NCBI RefSeq assembly: GCF_009734345.1
Contig: NZ_CP032551.1
Coordinates: forward strand, 2,040,001-2,072,000
Reading direction: 5' to 3'
DNA from: Pseudidiomarina andamanensis
Lineage (GTDB): Bacteria > Pseudomonadota > Gammaproteobacteria > Enterobacterales > Alteromonadaceae
DNA length: 32,000 bases
Position numbers and translations under genes: made by a program
Notes under the pieces: generated by a model
The model's database searches: none
The model's input: the letters and a program-made list of their open reading frames with translations, nothing else
What the model was told of the DNA's origin: nothing
Shown here: piece by piece, positions 26,110 to 32,000 of the stretch
Layout: every line of letters starts with the position of its first letter
Numbering within the stretch: the first letter of the stretch is position 1

Positions 26110-28730
26110 TGAGCGTGAGCGGCTTCGGCTGCTTCCGCAGCCGCCGCTTCCGCATTTTCTTCATCACTTAAGGTAGGTCGAACCTCAGGTGCTAAGAAAA
26201 TTGCATTACTCAGTAACTTCGCACTGCCATAGAAGAAGGCACGGAAGTTCATGTCATCCGCAAATGCAATGACACGACCAGAACCTTTACGGTGCGCAAC
26301 AATCGCAGCTTTGTCTGCTAAAACTTCGCGGTTTGGTTTCGCAGTGAAACCTGCCAGCAACGGCTCTTTTTCACTGTATTTGGCAACGGTGACAAACGGC
26401 GCCTCAGGCACAACCATGGCGTTGGTGCTGTCTTTAAATACCGGTAGGCTTGCACGTGGGTAGCCAAATGCGAGCGGGTGCGTGGTATCTAGTTGCACTT
26501 CAAAAATGGCACCGGCAAGACGACGTTCGCCATAGAAATCGTCCATATCACCATAGCTCAAGTCTTCTTGTTTGAAGGCTTCGCGGAAGGTTTTATCGTC
26601 CACGAATTTCGCCCCAAGAATGTCATGTTGACTTAACCACTTGGCGCCGCCTTGCTGACCAATAATGACACCGCCGTTGTTAACCCAGCTACGGAGCATA
26701 TCAGCGCTGTGCTTGTTTAAGTTCGAGTAACGGCCGTCCACCATAATGATATGGGTATAGCGGCTTAGATCTGAACGGTTTAAGCGGTCGGTATCAACCA
26801 TCGATACCGGAATACCAACGTGACGATCTAAGTAATACCAAGCTTCACCGGCCTCATACATGTTGGCATCGGTACCAACAAGCATCATCACATTCACTGG
26901 CTTCACCGGTGATAAGTTACGGCTACCTAAATCCATACCACGTGGCGTTAAGCCAGACGTAATAGCGTGTACTTTCACTTGATTGTCGGTCGCAATCTCA
27001 GCCAACTTAGCTTGTACATCAGCCCAGTCGTGCTCTTGATAAGCGCGCGTGACAACAACGGTTCCTGGGGTAAAGGTGTAGTCGCCGTCAGCTGTTTTTG
27101 CGGTAAATTCTTGGTTCGCCTGACGTACATGTACACCCGCTTGTAGCAAGCGGTTCAGGGTGCGTGGCGAGAAGTAATTGTGCCACTCAAACGCATACGC
27201 ATAAGCATTTTGTACCAGCTCGACTTGTTGTGTCGCTGGTTTTTGCCATGGTGTATCGGCGGTTTTAATGCTCCAACCATCAAATTTATCAAAGTTCACA
27301 TTGAACGCATGTGGGAATGTCCACGCCGACACGTCATAGAACGTATTGTCTTTAAAGCTTTGCTGATCCATAAAAATAGCGCGAATTAATACGTACTGCT
27401 CTTGTGCTAACGGCACATAGTAGCTTTCATTCGCTGGATACGTTTTACCATCAATTTTGATGGTATCCGTCAGCGCATACGCTTTGATGCCATGCTGCGA
27501 TAACACGTTAAGCATCTCATTAACACGCGCTGGGTCAGTTGAATCACCAATCAAATAGCCTTTGAAGCCAGCTTTATCAGCTGCAGCCAAAGCATTGTCA
27601 TAAAAACGTTGCTGATAATCATTAAACCAACGCTTGTTGGCATGCGCACCATACATGCTGGTTAACGACGTTGTGAACTGGTTTTGAATGGTGAAAGGAA
27701 ACTCTAAGACACCGTTAATTGAATCTTGCGCGTGACCGCGGCTTGATGCCTGCTCAAACAAAATACCGATGGCGCCCTGAACGTCTGGATAGGTTGAACC
27801 CTTACCCACGTAGAAATCGTCAAACGCTTCTTCGGTAAAATATAAACGGCCCTGTTCATCTAGCGCTGCCGCATGGCCTTCAGCCAATGTTTGCGTCAGC
27901 TTGACGTTTTCGTCCGGTGTATTTGGGTTCTTCCGCGAAGGAATGCCTGGCTGGAAGAAGAACGTGCTGTCAGTTCCCATCTCATGGAAATCCGTTAACA
28001 CATTTGGCTTCCATTTTTGGAAGTTCGCAATGCGAGCGCGTGACTCTGGGTGCTGCAACAACAACCAGTCTCGGTTGAGGTCGAACCAATAATGGTTCAC
28101 ACGGCCACGTGGCATTGGCTGTACGTGCTCGCGATGTTGCGTATCACTCACCAGGTTCTGGCTCTTATGTTGGTTCGCCCATTGCGCAAAGCGCGCTAAA
28201 CCGTCTGGGTTGTAGCTTGGGTCGAGCAAGATAATGGTGTCTTGTAATACGCGCTCAATTTTGTCGCCTTGTGCGGCGGCCAAATAATAGGCATAAAGCA
28301 GCGCTGAGTTACTACCGCTCGGCTCGTCACCGTGAATGCTGTAACCCATATATAAAACGAGAGGTGCGTTATCTGGATCGCCTTTACGATTTGGATCAGA
28401 TAATGCAATGTGCGCGTCGCGAAGCTCATCAATGTTTTGATGGTTTTCTGGGGTGGTAACGGTAACTAGCACCAATGGACGGCGCTCATGGGTATAGCCC
28501 GTAATTTCAAACGAGAAGCGATCAGATTCTTCTGACAACACTTCCATGTAGCGCACAAGTTGCTCAGGGCGCACATGCCATTCACCTACTTCATAACCAA
28601 GAACTTCTTTTGGCGTTGAAATATCAGGGTTATAGGTGACATCTTTTGGTAAATAATCGTCTAAAGTGGTTGCTGCGGCGGTTGCCGTAGTCAGTAACCA
28701 AACAAGCGCAATTGAAATAATACGAGCCAT
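26106..28730 (-). CDS. secreted M14-family zinc metallocarboxypeptidase-like protein, 874 aa, with a large C-terminal extension
   Basis: A signal peptide (LLTTATAAATT) is followed by the HxxE zinc motif in YSIHGDEPSGSNSA near the N-terminus. I could not assign the C-terminal ~550 aa. Confidence 0.7.
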   Translation of the reverse strand: MARIISIALVWLLTTATAAATTLDDYLPKDVTYNPDISTPKEVLGYEVGEWHVRPEQLVRYMEVLSEESDRFSFEITGYTHERRPLVLVTVTTPENHQNIDELRDAHIALSDPNRKGDPDNAPLVLYMGYSIHGDEPSGSNSALLYAYYLAAAQGDKIERVLQDTIILLDPSYNPDGLARFAQWANQHKSQNLVSDTQHREHVQPMPRGRVNHYWFDLNRDWLLLQHPESRARIANFQKWKPNVLTDFHEMGTDSTFFFQPGIPSRKNPNTPDENVKLTQTLAEGHAAALDEQGRLYFTEEAFDDFYVGKGSTYPDVQGAIGILFEQASSRGHAQDSINGVLEFPFTIQNQFTTSLTSMYGAHANKRWFNDYQQRFYDNALAAADKAGFKGYLIGDSTDPARVNEMLNVLSQHGIKAYALTDTIKIDGKTYPANESYYVPLAQEQYVLIRAIFMDQQSFKDNTFYDVSAWTFPHAFNVNFDKFDGWSIKTADTPWQKPATQQVELVQNAYAYAFEWHNYFSPRTLNRLLQAGVHVRQANQEFTAKTADGDYTFTPGTVVVTRAYQEHDWADVQAKLAEIATDNQVKVHAITSGLTPRGMDLGSRNLSPVKPVNVMMLVGTDANMYEAGEAWYYLDRHVGIPVSMVDTDRLNRSDLSRYTHIIMVDGRYSNLNKHSADMLRSWVNNGGVIIGQQGGAKWLSQHDILGAKFVDDKTFREAFKQEDLSYGDMDDFYGERRLAGAIFEVQLDTTHPLAFGYPRASLPVFKDSTNAMVVPEAPFVTVAKYSEKEPLLAGFTAKPNREVLADKAAIVAHRKGSGRVIAFADDMNFRAFFYGSAKLLSNAIFLAPEVRPTLSDEENAEAAAAEAAEAAHAH

Positions 28731-28881
28731 AAGGTTTTCCTATCTTGCATCGCGAAAATGATTCTCCCGAAGCTAGCAAAATCTGTGGCTGTTCCCAAGT
28801 TGATTACTATGCAATGCGCGAAATTTGCGATAAGATATACCTTACTAAATTACTCAGGTATAGCAGTGAGGTGGTTAACCC

Positions 28882-29460
28882 ATGATTCGTATTACAGAAA
28901 GTGCACAAGCACATTTTCGCAAGCTACTTGCCGATCAGCCGGATAATACCAATATCCGCGTGTTCGTGGTGAACCCGGGTACCCCGTCAGCTGAGTGCGG
29001 CGTTTCATATTGTCCGCCAGACGCAGTCGAGCCGGATGACGAGTTATTGCCGTTTAGCGGTTTTGACGCTGTGGTTGACTCAGGCAGTGCGCCATTTTTG
29101 ATTGATGCCGTGATTGATTTTGAAGAACAAGATCTCGGCTCACAATTAACTTTGAAAGCACCCAATGCGAAAGCGAAAAAAGTCTCTGACGATGCGCCAT
29201 TAATTGAGCGTGTTGAATATGTGATTCAATCAGAAATCAATCCGCAATTAGCCAACCATGGCGGTAAAGTTGCGGTCAACCAAATTACCGATGACGGCAT
29301 TGCCGTGTTGCAATTCGGTGGTGGTTGTAATGGTTGTAGTATGGTTGATGTGACTTTGAAAGAAGGCATTGAGAAAGAACTTGTACAACGCTTTCCTGGT
29401 GAGCTAAACGGCGTTCGAGACGTTACAGAACACCAAGCTGGCGAACATTCGTACTATTAA
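28882..29460 (+). CDS. nfuA: Fe-S cluster biogenesis/carrier protein NfuA
   Basis: The N-terminus is [16 protein letters not shown] (degenerate A-type domain). The C-terminal Nfu domain carries GGGCNGCSM. Confidence 0.95.
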   Translation: MIRITESAQAHFRKLLADQPDNTNIRVFVVNPGTPSAECGVSYCPPDAVEPDDELLPFSGFDAVVDSGSAPFLIDAVIDFEEQDLGSQLTLKAPNAKAKKVSDDAPLIERVEYVIQSEINPQLANHGGKVAVNQITDDGIAVLQFGGGCNGCSMVDVTLKEGIEKELVQRFPGELNGVRDVTEHQAGEHSYY

Positions 29461-29560
29461 TTTTGCGTAAAAATTAATCTTGTATAAGTTTTGAGAGTGA
29501 TCCCATCCTGAATCTTTCTTCGTAGTGTGATTTGCCTATACACACAATGAGGATTAAATC

Positions 29561-30943
29561 ATGAATGGGATCACAAAACTTGGTCTCGCGTTGTCAGCAG
29601 CAGTTTTAGTCGCTGCTTGCGATAGCGATGATACAACAACCCCCCCGCCAGAACCAACAGCTTCAACGTATGTTCGCGTACATCATTCGGTTGCTGATGC
29701 ACCTGATGTCAACGTGCTTGTTGATGGTACGGCAGCGCTTGAGGGCGTTCCATTTGGCGCTTCATCAGGCGTACTTGAGCTTGAAGAAGGCACCTATAAT
29801 ATTCAAGTAGACGGCATTCTTCCAGATGAAAGCGTTGCAACCGTGATTGGGCCGGCAGATCTTGAGTTCGGTGGCGATAACCGTTACGAAATTTTCGCCG
29901 TTGGTAGCGTCGCTGACGAGACCATCGCGCCGCTCGTTATTGAAAACCCAGTCTCTGATATTCCAGACGGTAGTTTCCGCCTACAAGTGGTGCATGCTGC
30001 GCCAAATGCGCCTGCGGTAGATGTTTACCTCACAGCGGTTGATGCGGACTTAAGCGCCGAACAACCAGCGGCAACCCTCGAATTTACCGATTATTCTGCG
30101 CAACTAGACGTGCCAGAAGGTGAATATCAAGTGCGAATTACTGCGGCCGGCGATGCCAGTGCTGTGGTATACGACAGTGGTGCCTTAGATTTAGCTGCCG
30201 GTGCTGATTTAGTGGTCGCTGCGGTAACCAATACCGGTACCGGTGACTCACCAGTGATGTTGCAGGTAGCCGATGGCGAAAGCGCTCAAATCATTGCATC
30301 AGCAGATGCAGGTGGTGAACTGCGCATTGTCCACGCCAGTGCCGATGCGCCAGCCGTTGATATTACAGTCAACAATGCGGCGACACCTGCAGTTGCCAAT
30401 CTAGCCTTTTTAGAGTTCACCGATTTTATCAACTTACCTGGTGGTGACTATCTGGTTGATGTTGCTGCAGCTGGTGGTACGCCAGTGGTGATTGATGACG
30501 CTGCGTTAACACTTGCTGAAAGCCAACGCGTGAGCGTTTATGCCGTGGGTGCATTGGGTGATTCGTCATTGACGTTAGCGGTTGTTGAAGACGATGCGCG
30601 TCGTATTGCAACAGCTGCACAAGTGCAGTTAGTCCATGCATCACCAAGCGCCGGTAACGTTGACATTTATGTGACTGGAACCGCTGATTTAACCGATGCA
30701 ACGCCTGTATTTACAGATGTTCCGTTTAACGCCGCAGGTTTAGTATCAACAGGGTATGTTCCGTTAACGCCTGGTACGTATTTTGTGACTGTCACTGCAA
30801 CTGGTACGCAAACTGCTGCAATTGGTCCGGTAGAACTAACCTTAGAAGGTAACGGTGTTTACACCGCAGTAGCTGTTGATGCCACTGGTGGCGGCTTACC
30901 ACCACAGCTTATTTTGATGGATGATCTTGCACCAGCAATGTAA
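29561..30943 (+). CDS. DUF4397-like repeat lipoprotein (four internal repeats)
   Basis: A signal peptide with lipobox LVAAC is present. Four copies of [VL][RQ][VIL]VH[AS].. AP.VD[VI] occur at roughly 100-aa spacing: VRVHHSVADAPDVNV, LQVVHAAPNAPAVDV, LRIVHASADAPAVDI and VQLVHASPSAGNVDI. Confidence 0.7.
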   Translation: MNGITKLGLALSAAVLVAACDSDDTTTPPPEPTASTYVRVHHSVADAPDVNVLVDGTAALEGVPFGASSGVLELEEGTYNIQVDGILPDESVATVIGPADLEFGGDNRYEIFAVGSVADETIAPLVIENPVSDIPDGSFRLQVVHAAPNAPAVDVYLTAVDADLSAEQPAATLEFTDYSAQLDVPEGEYQVRITAAGDASAVVYDSGALDLAAGADLVVAAVTNTGTGDSPVMLQVADGESAQIIASADAGGELRIVHASADAPAVDITVNNAATPAVANLAFLEFTDFINLPGGDYLVDVAAAGGTPVVIDDAALTLAESQRVSVYAVGALGDSSLTLAVVEDDARRIATAAQVQLVHASPSAGNVDIYVTGTADLTDATPVFTDVPFNAAGLVSTGYVPLTPGTYFVTVTATGTQTAAIGPVELTLEGNGVYTAVAVDATGGGLPPQLILMDDLAPAM

Positions 30944-32000
30944 GCCCTTTGTAGTGTAGGTAGAGCCATTGGCTCACACCACGCGCTAATAGAAATAAAC
31001 TCAATGCCAACCACAAACCGTGGTTGGCATTGTTTTCTGAAAGCCACCATTGGCTTATCAACCACACGGGAACGAACACACCCAGCACACTCACGGCCAT
31101 CGTGTTGCGCATGGCACGTGTTAACCCTAGGCCGATGTAAACACCATCGAAATAATAGCTCCAGTGCCCTAGCAGTGGCATGACAATGAGCCAAGGCAGA
31201 TAGATTTCAGCAACTTGAATCACGTCATTTAAATCAGTTAGCAACCGGACAATTTGTCCACCTGCAAAGCCAAAGATAATGCAGTAGGCGATGGCGAATA
31301 ACGCCGACCACATTAGCGACAATCGCATCCAATAACGTATTTTGGCAACGTCCTTTCTGCCCCGTGCCGCACCTAATAGGGCCTCAACCGCATAAGCAAT
31401 GCCATCTAACCCCAACGAAATAAGCATTAAGAACTGCATCAATACCGCGTTGGCGGCCACCACGACCGCACCAAATCGCGCGGCGTAGCCGGTCATCACC
31501 GCCATACATAATTGGAGTAACAGTGAACGAATGAAAACATCGCGGTTCATCGCGGCAAACTGTTTGAAATACGCTGGGGTAATACGCCAATAGGCAGGTT
31601 TGGGCAGCAAATCACGAATGAACCATAAACCAAGTACCGCTGTCGAAACTTCGGCAAGCACCGAGGCCCAAGCTGCACCTTGCACGTTCAGCTCTAACCC
31701 GATGATTAAGATAACGTCAGCAACCACGTTGACCGCATTGGTAAAGATAACCAGAGTCATGGCTAAGCGACTTTGTTGGCGGCCAAGTAAAGCGCCGAGT
31801 ACCAGCAGATTGATTAATGCTGCAGGCGCGGCCCAGAGGCGAATACCGATATATTGGGCAGCGTAATGTTGGAGTTCCGGTTCTGGATTGATGATCAACC
31901 AGGCGCAATCAATCAACCACGGGCGAACCAACAGAAGCAGTAAACCAAGACCTACGGCGATGGTCATACCATGCACGACGACCCGTTGTGCGAGGCGATG
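30909..32000 (-). CDS. dinF: MATE-family efflux transporter (DinF-like); the N-terminus lies beyond the window
   Basis: The protein is polytopic and hydrophobic with MATE-like repeats. The frame stays open past the track's GTG at 31976 to the window edge. At 355+ aa it is shorter than the ~450 aa typical of the family. Confidence 0.7.
   Translation of the reverse strand, partial: HRLAQRVVVHGMTIAVGLGLLLLLVRPWLIDCAWLIINPEPELQHYAAQYIGIRLWAAPAALINLLVLGALLGRQQSRLAMTLVIFTNAVNVVADVILIIGLELNVQGAAWASVLAEVSTAVLGLWFIRDLLPKPAYWRITPAYFKQFAAMNRDVFIRSLLLQLCMAVMTGYAARFGAVVVAANAVLMQFLMLISLGLDGIAYAVEALLGAARGRKDVAKIRYWMRLSLMWSALFAIAYCIIFGFAGGQIVRLLTDLNDVIQVAEIYLPWLIVMPLLGHWSYYFDGVYIGLGLTRAMRNTMAVSVLGVFVPVWLISQWWLSENNANHGLWLALSLFLLARGVSQWLYLHYKGLTLLVQDHPSK

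Noticed and set aside
29640-29646. C7 homopolymer early in the DUF4397 lipoprotein gene as a phase-variation switch
   Set aside because: Seven residues is at or below the length usually associated with slipped-strand switching. The tract encodes a sensible TTPPP linker just after the lipobox. No comparative evidence is available.
1-32000. CRISPR arrays, tRNA or rRNA genes, riboswitches
   Set aside because: I found no regularly spaced repeats, no cloverleaf-like or rRNA-like conserved stretches, and no recognisable riboswitch cores in the intergenic regions I read. This includes the region upstream of the transsulfuration pair, where a SAM-type element might have been expected. The scan was manual only, so covariance-model searches (Infernal/Rfam, tRNAscan-SE) would be needed for certainty.

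Overview
The window reads as a chromosomal segment of a gammaproteobacterium. Gene content and roughly high-40s %GC suggest Alteromonadales or an Idiomarina-like organism, but that is a low-confidence guess. Most of it consists of housekeeping synteny blocks familiar from E. coli: rsmD-yhhL | ftsYEX-rpoH; gpmM-envC-yibQ | yibN-secB-gpsA; slmA-coaBC | radC-rpmB-rpmG-mutM; and bioH | comF ... nfuA. Non-core genes are interspersed: a threonine aldolase, a cystathionine beta-synthase/gamma-lyase pair, a VOC protein, a Thr/Ser dehydratase, a PHD-like 2OG oxygenase, an 874-aa M14 peptidase, a four-repeat DUF4397 lipoprotein and several orphan lipoproteins. I saw no rRNA, tRNA, CRISPR array, transposase or integrase. 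The stand-out region is about 11.68-13.54 kb. There, an AT-rich segment of about 1.6 kb sits between the rpoH terminator and the last gene of the gpmM operon. It carries two orphan genes: a Sec-signal protein ending in a 4-Cys tail, and a signal-anchored TlpA-like thioredoxin-fold protein with a CxxS motif. The segment is bracketed by imperfect direct repeats of about 120 bp that duplicate the rpoH terminator and the last 24 codons of the adjacent lipoprotein gene. This is an att-like or Campbell-type integration signature with no recombinase on board. Secondary observations: a heptad-periodic (TTAKTNG)n element is present in three copies; dut is missing from the coaBC-dut-slmA slot; a textbook sigma-E promoter lies upstream of rpoH; and rpmG is absent from the supplied ORF track. 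All functional calls come from motif and synteny recognition by eye. No database search was run.
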